From positions 37,448,001 through 37,512,000 of the forward strand of contig NC_087252.1 of NCBI RefSeq assembly GCF_037042905.1: a stretch of DNA of 64,000 nt, in the 5' to 3' direction. Both the position numbers and the translations under genes were made by a program. Below the pieces are notes generated by a model, which saw only the letters and a program-made list of their open reading frames with translations, was not told the DNA's origin and made no database searches. The DNA is from Lytechinus pictus (Eukaryota). This document shows, piece by piece, positions 51,557-64,000 of this stretch (its first letter is position 1; each line of letters opens with the position of its first letter).

Positions 51557-52234
51557 TAAATGAGTACGTGTCCTGAGATAATTCAATCGAGCTCTAACTA
51601 AACCACGCATGGACCTATAACTAGCATGTCAGTGTCAAGTTGCGGAAAACTGGCAATCCTATGGAATTAGTAATGAACTTCATTTTTTTGTAATTAATTA
51701 TTGGATAAAGTTCTGTACATAATTCAGTTCGATCGTATACTTTTCGATAATTGGATGAAGACCATTTCGGGGTAATAACCACTATATCACTAATAAATAG
51801 ACCTACCAAAAAATAACAATGTGCAATATATAGAAGTCATGTCGGATGTAACGTCGATACTAAGGCCGCGATCATCATTTTCGCCCATATTTCAAATACC
51901 TTTCTCTTTCGAAAACTGGCAATGGGGAAACACTGACGCCATAATTTGTTTTGTGGGACGCCAAAGTGTTACTGTCATGCAGAGCTGTCTCACTAAGTCT
52001 AAGGTCTCTATTATTTAGTGATCGATGTGCAGGATTTTTCCTTCTCTATTTTAGACTGAAATAAATTTATGATTTTTATAAAGTTTTTTTTTTTTTTTTT
52101 TTTTTTGAGGGGGGAGGGGGGCAGGGGGTCATTTTCACGTGAAAAATATGGCGAAAGCTGAGTCATTTGATCTGCTACTATATAACTTCTAGTTTTGTAT
52201 CTAAATGAAACATGAATTAGGAAGCACAGCGATG

Positions 52235-52809
52235 GAACGATCAGTCCATATCCCAACAAAAAGTTTATTTGATTAAAAAGGAAAATCCAACAAGCACTGG
52301 AAATTTCATCAAAATCGGATGTAAAAAAAGAAAGTTTGCCATTTTTTATGATCAAATTTCACAGACTAGTTATATGCACATCCTGGTCTGTATGACTGCA
52401 TGATGACGTCACACACTTGATTGTATTCTTTGTCAAATATAAATAAATATTCTAATTTTCTCCTAATTGTATGTGACATTTTCATTAATATATTATCGCT
52501 GTGGATTATATTTCTATGGTTCAGTCAAGTAATTGGTCCTTATTATTTTGAAATCTCTAAAAATTGAAATATAATTCAAACAATAAAAAAAATAAAAGAA
52601 AAAGTGATCGATCGGACATCATCAACTCTCATTTTCATATGATTGAGTTGTGCATAACTATTCTGTGAAAAATGTGCGCTATGCGAAATTTTGAAATGTC
52701 ATAATTTTCTCATATTTTACATCCGATTTTGTTGAAATCTTCAAAATTATGCTTGTTGGATATTTCTATTGATTCAAATTAACATTCTTTTCTGGGGTGG
52801 ACTTGACCT
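52235..52809. mobile_element. Degenerate Kolobok-like (TTAA) MITE
   Basis: Right end ttttctggggtggacttgacct+TTAA. Left end degenerate (cagtccatatcccaacaaaa). Inverted subterminal aaatttcatcaaaatcggatgtaaaa / ttttacatccgattttgttgaaat. Confidence 0.6.
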
Positions 52810-52835
52810 TTAAACATTGAACTATGGTCGAGGTG

Positions 52836-53269
52836 CAGCGGCGTACCCAGGATTTTCCAAAAGAGGAGCAAATTTTTTGGAGGATATTTCGTGCGCGAAA
52901 AGAATTGACAAGCAAAAAAAGGAAAGGTCTTCAACCACAAATAAAGGATTTCGTACCACAAAAAATTGACAAGCCAAAAAAAAAGAAAAATAAGGTCTTT
53001 AAGTTCAAAAGAGGGTCCACACGTCTGTTTTCATTGCATTTTTACATTCCAAATTATTAATTTTGCTTCTCAAAAGGGGGGCATGTCCCCTGGATCAGTT
53101 ATGACTCGTCAGGGGGGGGGGGCACCTGTCCCCTGGATCAGTTGTGACTCGTCAGGGGGGGGGCATATCCCCTGGATCAGTTGTGACTCGTCAGGGGGAC
53201 AGGGGCATGTCCCCTGGATCAGTTGTGACTCATCAGGGGGCAGTCTGCCCCCTTAGGTATACGCTAGTG
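52836..53269. mobile_element. hAT-like MITE with 8-bp TSD and internal ~40-bp tandem repeat
   Basis: CAGCGGCGTACC / GGTATACGCTAGTG termini. Flanks tcgaggtg / gcgaggtg (7/8 match). Four copies of cccctggatcagttgtgactcgtcaggggg. A related end lies at ~60340-60418. Confidence 0.75.
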
Positions 53270-53395
53270 GCGAGGTGCAAAAAAAAAACAGGGACAATGA
53301 TTTACAAGTCATTATATAAGCACTGATTTTCAAGTCATAAGCACAAGGAGGTGAAATTGAGAACGGTGCGAAGAGAAAAAATGCAATGAAAGAAA

Positions 53396-54363
53396 AACAA
53401 GTGGAATGCCTCTGGCCGTCTCACCTGCATCACGCGATTCAATATAGCAGCAGTGCTGATTTTGAAAACTACTATAACTCGCACAAGATGTTCAGTACGT
53501 GATACTTGGTTACTCTTATTTCCACGTTTTATGAACTAGACCAATACACTTATAGAGATATGATGGCAATTCAACAAATACCCCCAACGTGGCCAAAGTT
53601 CTTTGACCTTACATGACCTTTGACCTTGATCATGTGACCTGATACTTGCACAGGATGTTCAGTGATACTTGATTACTATTATGTCCAAGTTTTATGAACT
53701 AGACCAACACACTTTCAAATTTATGGCTGTAATTCAACAAATACCCCAATTTGGCCAAAGTTCATTGACCCTAAATGACCTTTGACCTTGATCATGTGAC
53801 CTGAAACTTGCACAGGATGTTCAGTAATACTTTATTACTATTATGTCCAAGTTTCATGAATCAGATCCATAAACTTTCAAAGTTATGATGGTAATTCAAC
53901 AGATACCCCCAATTCGGCCAAAGTTCATTGACCCTAAATGACCTTTGACCTTGGTCATGTGATGTGAAACTCATGCAGGATGTTCAGTGATACTTGATTA
54001 ACCTTATGTATAAGTTTCATGAACTAGGTCCATATATTTTCTAAGTTATGATGACATTTCAAAAACTTAACCTTAGGTTAAGATTTTGATGTTGATTCCC
54101 CCAACATGGTCTAAGTTCATTGACCCTAAATGACCTTTGACCTTGGTCATGTGACATGAAACTCAGGCAGGATGTTCAGTAATACTTGATTAACCTTATG
54201 GCCAAGTTTCATGAACTAGGTCCATATACTTTCTAAGTTATGCTGTCATTTCAAAAACTTAACCTCAGGTTAAGATTTGGTGTTGACGCCGCCGCCGCCG
54301 TCGCCGCCGCCGTCGGAAAAGCGGCGCCTATAGTCTCACTCTGCTATGCAGGTGAGACAAAAA
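53396..54363 (-). mobile_element. Helentron-associated non-autonomous element (HINE/DINE-1/pearl-like), copy 1
   Basis: Subterminal inverted repeat GTCTCACCTGCAT/ATGCAGGTGAGAC, terminal hairpin, GCC microsatellite, four ~162-192-bp core repeats, A/T-run flanks and no TSD. Confidence 0.85.
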
Positions 54364-55419
54364 TGGAGAAGGGATGGGGGCTGCATGGGATTGCGTCGTT
54401 GGGAATTCCTTTAGTCTGACAAACTTTATTGCATTTTTTTTTCGTTTCTAACTTGACAAACAAGCCATGTACACGCCCCTCATTATAAAAGGGAGAAATA
54501 TCCGGATATTGTCAATCGGACAGTTATGAGAGAAGAGCAAAAAAAAAAAAATGTTGTGATATTGGCATCATAATTGATAGTGCATTGAAATAATGTTATT
54601 TCTTCATTAAAAAAATAACACACTTTCTTGTGAATAGGAACACGGCTTACCGCTCCCCCAACCTCACCTTCGCAGAGGGTGGACAAAATTATACTGAGCA
54701 AGTAGTTGACCTTCCTGTAAAATATCCTATATCCTATATTAAACGTGTAATTTTTGTTTGTCAACGAAACATAGCACGAATCTCTTGTAATGAAAAAATC
54801 TCTGAGCTGACTTTATAATTTTATAAATTTCAACATATTTTATTAATTGAGAAAGAGCAGAGGTCAAAATTACAGTATATACATGTAATTGAGGGATCCA
54901 GGCTGGGGGCACCCCAGGAATATTTTGAAATTTGCTCATGGACTTACATTTTTTATTTATTTACTTTAATGCATTTTTTAATCTATTAATTAATTCATTC
55001 ATTTATCATGTATTCTGTTTCATTTACCCAAGGTAAGAGAGTCTTGCACAAGAGAGCTAAATGTTCGAAAATGGCCATTATGGGCCCGTCTGTTTGCTAT
55101 TTCCACCACTTTTTATTTCTTTCTTCACAACGTTAATTTTGTATAAGAATCTTCTACTATAATTGGCGTGCTTGCCTGACACACTTTCATTCCAATTTGA
55201 TATTGACCGAACATTGCCATAAACATTACCGATAAATCGTTCTTGTACCATGATTGTTAAGAAAAAAAAGAAGATGTTCACCTATACCCTGGCAAAATGG
55301 CATTTAATGCATGCTTAGTTTCAAGTTTCCAATTTGCACCTTTCTAATGAGTCTAAGTAGAAACACAAGTAAAGAACTATATAGCTCTTGAGGCCTGTTC
55401 AGAAATAATATGTTGGATA

Positions 55420-58400
55420 CAGGGGCAGCCTTCGCTGATGGGGGGGGGGGGCGAATTTTGTCAGCCCAAAATTTTCCCTGATCGGCCTCTCGTAGTTGAT
55501 TTGTTTATGTTTATTTGAAGGGGTAGTCCTAACAGTGCATCTCTTAGCTTTATTTTAATAAATCATCATAATCATAATCTCATAAGCCTTAGTTCGTGCG
55601 CAAAGTGCGAACCATTTTTTTTTTTTTTTTATGTATTTTGTCCTAAAACTTGAACATTCTGGGCAATGTTTGTGAGCCTGAACGTCATGTAACTGATTAA
55701 TATTACTGCGTATAGCGTGAACAGAAATTATAATACGTTTTGATCTGATCGAAAAGGGACCACCTGTCAAAAACTATACTTGCAGTTGGCCATGAATGCG
55801 TTGCATATTTCCAACAATCAAATAGTGCATGCAAGCGCGAGCTGATTTTTTTTTACATTTCTACCTAAAGAAGGGAAAATCTAAGCTCTTTTTGTCAATT
55901 TGTGAACATGATAGGTATATCACTGAACAATTGATGCGTGAGAAAAGCGTGAGCGTAAAAAATCGAGATTTAGCCTAAAACGGGACACATTTTTCATGTT
56001 TTGTAAATCATGAAAAGGATGAATAATTGGGAATCTTTCTACATGAATAATGCGAGCGCGCCAAACGCGAGCAGAAAACTTTTGGAAATCTGAAATGAAA
56101 ATAAGGGTCCATCTAAGCTCTGTGTTTCAAGTACTTTGGTGGAAAATTGCTAGGTGGATATTGATCGCACTTAATAAAAAGCTGATATTTTGTTTTATTT
56201 TCAAAGTCGTCCACTCATCTTATTTTATTCTTTCGCCTCCTTTTATTTCTTTTTCTTCTCTCTTTTCCCCCTTATTTTTCAACTTTCTTTCTTTCAACCT
56301 TTTTCTTCAGTTTTTTTTTGCTCCGCCAAGGGGGGCAAGCACCTCGCCCCCCTTCCTGGATCCGCCTATGTAAATATTCAAAGTAAAAATGTTCTGTAAT
56401 GAAGACAGGATCATTCAGAATTGTGCTAAAAGATGTACATGCATAGGCAAGGCATGCAGATCCATGGGGTCGAAGCGGCCGCGGGCAACCCCCTACCTCT
56501 GTTGGCGGCGAAAAAGGAGGTAAAAGAGAAAAGAACGAGGAATGAAAAAAGGAGTAAGGGAAGAAAATGATAAAAGAAGGAAGAAAGTGTAATAAAACTG
56601 GGGAGGGGATGATAAGAAAATAAAGAAGGAAATCAGGCCATAATGTAAAAAAAAAAACGTTTAAAAACGTTGCTTACACTTTGCGCTCGCATTGACTTGA
56701 GCGGGATAATAATATGTTCAACATGTTCAAGAGGATATCAACTGCCCTAAAATATTAATTTTCGTGTCTAGTCAATATGCACAAATTATTCTCGCCACTC
56801 GAATATTAATTATCTTCTTTTTATTCAGCGATACACATTCTCTTCATGATTACAAGAAAAGTTCTAAATTCATATTGCAAAAATATTAGCTCGCGCTTTG
56901 CGTTCACAAATTTAGTAAGTACTGTAAGTGCGATCAATATCCGCTTCACATTATTTTTCTAAAGTGGTTGAAGTTAGCTGAAGGTTGAAAGGTAATCTGA
57001 AAAATAAAAATATTGCACTAACTTTTTTTGTGAGAATGAAATTAAGCAAGCGAAGCGAGAATGCAGATGGTACTGAATAAAAATATACATGTAGCACCGC
57101 AGAATAGAAAAAAGGAGCTCGAGTTAGAATCTGTTATAACAATGGCAATATATACAAAACATACACAACACAATATATTTAAATTTCATTTTTCATAATA
57201 ACATATTTTATGAATTTCCATATACATCTGTTCAAACTAAAATTACACTACTGTACGAAAAAAACAACACCTAGAACAAACTATGAATAACCCATTTCCC
57301 CCCCTTTCAAATAAATTGAGATCCTTTTACGCGCATGCACACGCCTTACTCCCCCTTTCCCCATTTTCTTTCTCCTGCTCCTTCAATACCCTCCAGGAAT
57401 TGCTCAGGGTTCGGGGAGGGGGGGGGGGGGTGTCGATCTCCCTTTGATCATCATACTTTTTAATGAATCATAATGGCAATCTAATGGTAGCATCTAAACT
57501 CGCTCGTCGCGCTTGCATAAACTTATGCAGTCCTTGTGAGCATAGCTCACCCCCCCCCCTCCTGGTGACTTGGAACCCCCTCCCCATTGAAGAGAAAAGA
57601 ATGATAAAGAGATATGTATCACGTCAAAATCTATGACAAAGTTAGATTTTTGTATTGAAGGGTGATAAAAAAATTGCTCGCCTGCAGCTTTTCTAGTAAT
57701 AATTTTATCCTTTATGCAATTCTGTCCCCCCTTGAAATTTTAGACTGGTAGTGCTACTGACCACCCCCTCAAAAAAAGTAATGATAATAATAATAATAAA
57801 TTACAAGTAAAAATAGGCCTAAATGTAACAAACAAGTGGAATGCCTCTGGCCGTCTCACCTGCATCACGCGATTCAATATAGCAGCAGTGCTGATTTTGA
57901 AAACTACTAAGTTTTATGAACTAGACCAATACACTTATAGAGATATGATGGCAATTCAACAAATACCCCCAAAGTGGCCAAAGTTCTTTGACCTTACATG
58001 ACCTTTGACCTTGATCATGTGACCTGAAACTCACACAGGATGTTCAGTGATACTTGATTACTATTATGTCCAAGTTTTATGAACTAGACCAACACACTTT
58101 CAAATTTATGGCTGTAATTCAACAAATACCCCAATTTGGCCAAAGTTCATTGACCCTAAATGACCTTTGACCTTGATCATGTGACCTGAAACTTGCACAG
58201 GATGTTCAGTAATACTTGATTACTATTATGTCCAAGTTTCATGAATCAGATCCATAAACTTTCAAAGTTATGATGGTAATTCAACAGATACCCCCAATTC
58301 GGCCAAAGTTCATTGACCCTAAATGACCTTTGACCTTGGTCATGTGACGTGAAACTCATGCAGGATGTTCAGTGATACTTGATTAACCTTATGTATAAGT

Positions 58401-60420
58401 TTCATGAACTAGGTCCATATATTTTCTAAGTTATGATGACATTTCAAAAACTTAACCTTAGGTTAATATTTTGATGTTGATTCCCCCAACATGGTCTAAG
58501 TTCATTGACCCTAAATGACCTTTGAAAGGCTTTGACCTTGGTCATGTGACATGAAACTCAGGCAGGATGTTCAGTAATACTTGATTAACCTTATGGCCAA
58601 GTTTCATGAACTAGGTCCATATACTTTCTAAGTTATGCTGTCATTTCAAAAACTTAACCTCAGGTTAAGATTTGGTGTTGACGCCGCCGCCGCCGTCGCC
58701 GTCGGAAAAGCGGCGCCTATAGTCTCACTCTGCTATGCAGGTGAGACAAAAAAACTTTCAGGGACCAAACTTAATTGTGTCAGTTATCCAATCTCCTCCA
58801 ACCCCGTAAAGACCGACACTGGACACCCATGTTATTTTACATACACCGCGATGAAAGCGAAAATTGGGGGGGGGGGCGTGCCCCCAAATTCTTTGGCTAG
58901 GATTTAACATTATCTAGGATATGTTAATGCTTGTATGGTATCTCCGCGAAACCTCTTCAAAATTCAGCAGGGTTTTACGATCGTTATTACATTAAAAATT
59001 AGCAAGCTGATTTAGACTTCGTGGCACATACATGTACGGCATCACATTTTTTCCTCCCGTTGGTTTTTTTTTGTAATCCTCGATCGTCAACCTGGACGTG
59101 TACTTATATGCCTAATTCCACTTTTCCTTAATCCCTTCTCTTCCTTTTTTTAAATTCAGCTTTATCGCTATCTCATAGGCGGATCCAGGGGGCGAAGTTC
59201 CCGGGTCCCCGTAGTGGCGGAGCAAAAAAAAAGGAAAGTAAAAAAAAAAGGAAAAGGGAAAAGAGAGGAGAAAAGGGGGAAGAAGACAAGTGAATAAAAC
59301 AAGGCGAGCTGTCATTATTGTTTGATTTATAAATTGATTTTTATTATGTGCAGCCATAGTCCGTTTTATGGTCCAAGTATCAATGCAGCTCCCGCTACGC
59401 GCTCGCATTATTTGTCAAGTACCCTAGTCTTCGTATATTCAATGAATTCTCAAAAATATTCATATTCAGGTCTGATTGTCAAAACCTATCACATGATTGT
59501 CAAAAGACAATTAAAATAAAATCGGTTCGTGATTTGCGCTCGCATTAATTGTTAAAGATTATATCAACCAATGTCTTCTATTCATAAATACAATGCTTAC
59601 AATATCCAGTTGTCAGAACTTGATATTAACAAATTTCTCGCTTTCATCGGGCGTATTAGTTATTAGAGTAACAAATAAGATAAGAACATTTTCATGAATT
59701 GCTAATTACTATATTGTATTTTTTTCAGAATAGAATGTCGACAAGTTTCATCTCGCGCTTTAATAGGTAGATAATTACCATTTTCATTATGATGACAAAA
59801 TGTCCTTAGAATATCCCCGTCCTAGGTCAAAATAATTTTACAAAAATATCAGCTCACGCTCACAGGCTCGAATCATTTTATTAAATGCAATTCACATCCA
59901 ATTTTCATTTTTAGTGATTGAAATAGTGCTTATATTAATTGAGATTATAATATAAACAATATTCTGCTCGCACTTCGCGCTCGCATTATAAATGTGAAAG
60001 ATGCCTAATTACCCATCTTCACGAATTACAAAACATGAATAGTGTCCAGTCCCGTTTTTAGCTCTAAATCTCAAAATTTTCCCCATCTCGCTTCGCGCTC
60101 GTATTTTTTTAGTGTTTAGTAGTTCAGGATTACAAAAATTGCTTAGAATATCAATTTTCTTGGTTGGAATTTCAAAAGCTCAGCTCGCACTTCGTGCTCA
60201 CATTATTCGATTGTTGAAATAGGCCAACAAGAATGTATCGTCTTCATGGAAACTACAAGCAGGTCCCTTGTTTATCAGGCCAGGGGCCCGTTGCAGAAAG
60301 AGTTGCAATCAATCGGAGGAGGATACGTTCCTTGCATGGGTTGTGACTCGTCAGGGGGGGGGGGCAGTCTGCCCCCCTCTTGGCCTCTGCCCCGGCCCCC
60401 CGTAGGTATACGCTAATGGG
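55420..60420. repeat. Patchwork of decayed hAT-like MITEs with dispersed (C)TTCGCGCTCGCATT motifs
   Basis: CATAGGCGGATCCAGG-type termini at 59175 (+) and 56355-56370 (-). Recurrent gcgctcgcatt motifs. Boundaries are unresolved. Confidence 0.5.
57831..58754 (-). mobile_element. Helentron-associated non-autonomous element, copy 2
   Basis: Near-identical to 53396-54363, with a short deletion near 57910 and a small insertion near 58525. Confidence 0.85.
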
Positions 60421-60559
60421 CCAAACATATATTTAAAAAATCCTACTCGTGCTTCGCATTTGCAGTAGCAATTAGATATACGAATCTTGCCCATGATCAA
60501 AACATTACTCTTTTTCTTTATCTTTCACTCTCTTTCTTTTCTCCCTTTTCCCCATTTCC

Positions 60560-61200
60560 AAATTTCCCTTCCCCAATGCATGCGCTGAAATATGACGTGA
60601 AAGACATGAACACAATCGTTGTACACGCAAAAAATGTGTATGATGGGAATGTCAGGAGGCCGAGCTGAGCGAGCGTGGCCACTGTCCATCACATCGCGCA
60701 GTGCATGCAGCATGCAGTAGTTGTATACCGTAATTTCAATCAATCCTCTCCATAGTTCAGCCAATGAACTAATCTTGTCGCACGTGGAAATTTGTAGCCA
60801 AAATTTTGACAGAAACATCTCCAGTACGTTTTCGTGAACCTAAAAAAAAACTAGAGTAACATGTGAACTACAGGTTAGAGGGACAGCATAAGGGTAAGTC
60901 AGTCCCCATGTTTTTTTTTAAATTCTCTAACCAATCTAACGCAACGTTATGGTCGCCTGCGCTCCTCGCAGAACTCGCCGCCGGGGGAGAAACTCGACGG
61001 AAGTCATGCTATAACAATAACCGACGAGCATATATACGGAATTAGCAGACTACGCTCGCAGGGATATTTCGGTTTGCTAAAAGTGGAACGGAATAACGAT
61101 CGACGAACAGGGGGAAAAATCAGTCGTGGACGAAAGTGGGCCCTATATCGGTGCGCATAAATTCAGCTAATTGTCAGTGAATTCAGCCGAGGAAATTGAT
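60560..61200. promoter_or_regulatory. CpG-rich promoter-like segment
   Basis: CpG enrichment, TGACGTGA (60593), CCAAT, CACGTG (60781), and a strong plus-strand donor G|GTAAGT at ~60894. Confidence 0.3.
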
Positions 61201-61752
61201 TTTATTTCTCAGAGTTTATTTAAAATTTTGATATTTCCAAGATGAAATTTTGTCACTTTCACATTGATTTATTATCAGCAATTGTTATTCAACAAAAAAG
61301 ATTCATTCAACTGGAATTTTTGTATCCTTTACCAACACTATCCACGAGCTTTAAGCCTACATGTAGAATCCTGTAAAATTTCAAAAGTGACCAGAGATGA
61401 TGTGAATGTATGCATGCATTAAACCTCAGTCACATTTGCTCTATGGCGGCCGTACGGCGAGTCGAAAACAGCAGTTTCATTTATTTTTATTCAAATCATC
61501 TATATGTATAGCTGGTACAAAAATGTTAAAACAGCAGTTTTCGACCCACCGTAGAGCAAATTTGACCTTGGTATTAGCAGCAAGAAATCTGAGCTAAGAA
61601 ATAGGATTATAGCAAAGCGATTCCCAATAGCAAATCCCAATTCTTTGTTTGTTAACAATTTACAGGTAGCCCATGAGATTGCAATTTGAAATTACAATCA
61701 ATAGAAAGATGGAACAACAAAAGAGTTTTCTTCTGGCTTTGTACAGAGGTAC

Positions 61753-62106
61753 CGGGGTTGGCCGGATTGGGAAATATTGGTGGTAAATACCAGGAAATAT
61801 TGCCTCATAAATATTTGAGAGAAAATGGGAAATAATTGAAAATGCAGGGGAATACTACCATTATTTTCAGGTATTTCTGGCATTTCTCTGTACCATACTG
61901 TACATTCCTAGCACTTACTAGCAGGCGTGGTTCCAACCAGATTAGACAAAAGTTTACAAAACAGCCTTGAGAGGCCACACTATTGTGCAAAGACGATATG
62001 ACACCTAAAATGGTATTGTGTCTGATCCACGCCCGTTTCCTACTCTCCTCACTATTTCCCAACTGGCCGGAAAAGACCAACATTTCCTGGAAAATTGCCA
62101 ACCCTG
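61753..62106. mobile_element. hAT-like MITE (CAGGGTTGGC termini)
   Basis: cggggttggc / gccaaccctg. Flanks agaggtac / atgggtac (6/8 match). A partial second copy starts at 62359. Confidence 0.55.
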
Positions 62107-62121
62107 ATGGGTACCACCTAC

Positions 62122-62948
62122 CTTGCATGACAGTACTAAGAACGTTCTCAAATTCATGACTATTCTGACTGGAATCCCGGCTGCTTGCTGTAGAACCCGA
62201 GGTAGGAATCCTTGGGGGTTGGACCAGACCCCCTTCTTGACCAAGACCAAGTCCTGCTGGTGTCCCCCCACCCTGCACCGGTAGCGGGTTCATGTACGGG
62301 GCAAGTCTACGGATGCAAAGATAGCAAATGGACGTGTTTTTTAAGTTTTATTCCTACACAGGGTTGGCCAGAGTGGGGTATACTGGTGGTTAATACTGGT
62401 AAATGGTGCCTCAATAATTTTTTTAGGAAAATGGGAAATAGTTTGAAATGCAGGGAAATACATGTACTACATGTATACTTCAGATATTTCCCAAGTGTTT
62501 TTCAAGCATATTCTAATACGTACATGTAAGCAAGGCATGTTTACATAATATCTTGATTTGAAATCTGCCCTTCATAATGAAAGAAATGAAAGGTCATTTG
62601 ACCAAAATTGTCCATGAAGTAACTCCGAACTGGTCTATTGCAAGAGTGTTTGCAAGAATATACGGGCCCCGTTTCATGTGGTAACAGTTTTTATACAAAA
62701 TCACCATCAGCCAATCAGATTAAAAGATTTCAGTAGCTTTTAACTATTATTTTCAAATTTGTTACCATAATAAACAGGCCCCTGATGTTTACTAACCTGA
62801 GTCCAGGGTACCCTGTCTGTATCGGGTGGTGCGGTGGTGGGTACTGTTGGTGCTGGTAATGCAAAAGATGCTGGTTCTGAGGGTGCCCCTGGCCTGGCTC
62901 TGGGTTAGCCCGCGCCTCCTGTCTGTCATGGGCATAGCTATACTCCAT
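62122..62948 (-). CDS. Two candidate N-terminal coding exons (62948-62797, 62306-62122), low-complexity Q/P/H/G-rich
   Basis: Acceptor at 63010-63011, upstream in-frame stop, then aacaagATGG. GT-AG intron with matching phase 2. Translation: MEYSYAHDRQEARANPEPGQGHPQNQHLLHYQHQQYPPPHHPIQTGYPGLR|LAPYMNPLPVQGGG...ENVLSTVMQ. Ends in a phase-1 donor. Confidence 0.6.
62664..62781. mobile_element. Short Harbinger-like MITE remnant
   Basis: gggccccgtttcatgtggtaaca / tgttaccataataaacaggccc inverted ends. Confidence 0.45.
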
Positions 62949-64000
62949 CTTGTTCGTCGTGGAACCTCAAAGAACGAACCCTCCTCTGAGATTACACGTA
63001 CATGGGGGTCTGTAAATACAATGAAGAAAACCAACATCAGGGTTTTAAAGGTACAGGTAAAAGAAAGTAGTTGCAGCAAACGATTAATTCATGAGGAAGT
63101 CTCTGAAATTAAGTTTAATTGTCACCATATTACCGTACAAGCTGTTATTTTCGCGTACAGAATTTTTCGCAAATCGCGGGGGTCCCGGCATTTTCATGAT
63201 CGGAAGATGTACGAAACACTTCCACAGCATTTCAAAGAAGCAAAACTACTGCAAATAAATGATTTTATGAAAAGTCGTCATTCCAAAATAAAGGTTCAGG
63301 TGACGATGAAGACAAAAGTTTTTTGGATACTATCGATATCAAGCACTGTCGCGGACTTGGAAGACAAAATTGCCTTCATGAAACGGAAAGCGCTGATTTG
63401 TCGCCAATCTTCCCATCTCGGATGGTCCTAGGACGTTCCTACCTATCGATCATCTCGTCATGAAACAGGCCCCTGGACTCCAGGAATCACCAAAGAAGTA
63501 AAAAAACTTTGTGTATGGTTATCTGGTGTCGTACACTCTGGAGGATGGGGTGCTGGTTTGGCGCTTTGGGTGCTTGTGGAGTACATGGCTGCCCTTTTGG
63601 AGAGCTATTTGTTTTTTTTGGTTTTTTTGTGAAATTTTAACTTGAATCAAGGTACCATCATTACTGTTTAGGTTCCTAGAGTGTTGAATTGTCACTTTGT
63701 CATCAGAGTGTGGATACTGCTGTTTTAAATATTTATATGTATTTTGCATCATGATATTGTAACTTTATGTTTTTTAACCTTGTTAAATCAGGACATTGAT
63801 GTAAAACAGCAATTCAGCTGATCTTTGGACTGTATAAATATTTTCTAATATGACCAATGGCGATCGAAGAAGAACCTTGCTGATCCCGATCTGTTTGTCA
63901 TCAAAATTCACTATTTTCCTGCATATTTTTCACTTTCAGAAAGGTGGAACCATATTAAAGCTAATTGTATATTTGATAGAGTCTAGATCTAGACCTAGAT

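Noticed and set aside
53078-53240. CRISPR-like array of ~40-bp repeats
   Set aside because: No unique spacers, no cas genes, eukaryotic context. It lies inside a MITE.
62826-63431. 201-aa plus-strand ORF
   Set aside because: It is antisense to a candidate exon, runs through repeat fragments, has a non-ATG start and shows no motifs.

Overview
Eukaryotic, AT-rich DNA with spliceosomal introns. The repeat families and gene style suggest a marine invertebrate, probably a sea-urchin-like echinoderm (inference). The first ~44 kb are nested, decayed transposons and tandem amplifications. They include: (i) a MULE-like transposase relic split by successive insertions; (ii) two THAP-domain fragments; (iii) a Ty3/Gypsy-like gag-zinc knuckle-protease relic followed, with no RT/RNaseH/integrase, by a TatD-family nuclease ORF; (iv) a 4x tandem of DUF4806-like exons ending in an EnSpm/CMC-type terminus; (v) an internally deleted DIRS/Ngaro-like element; (vi) a 16.6-kb array of ~1.46-kb units that each end in the start of a protein kinase domain, followed by several broken kinase copies. 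From 44.6 to 50.8 kb a spliced PR/SET-domain + 11 C2H2 zinc-finger (PRDM-family) gene lies on the minus strand, with a candidate extra 3' zinc-finger exon and candidate distal 5' exons at 62-63 kb. The rest is MITEs and Helentron-associated repeats. No rRNA, tRNA or CRISPR features were seen. The most unusual items are the gag-PR-TatD cassette and the kinase-seeded macrosatellite. All family assignments come from motif recognition by eye, not from database searches.
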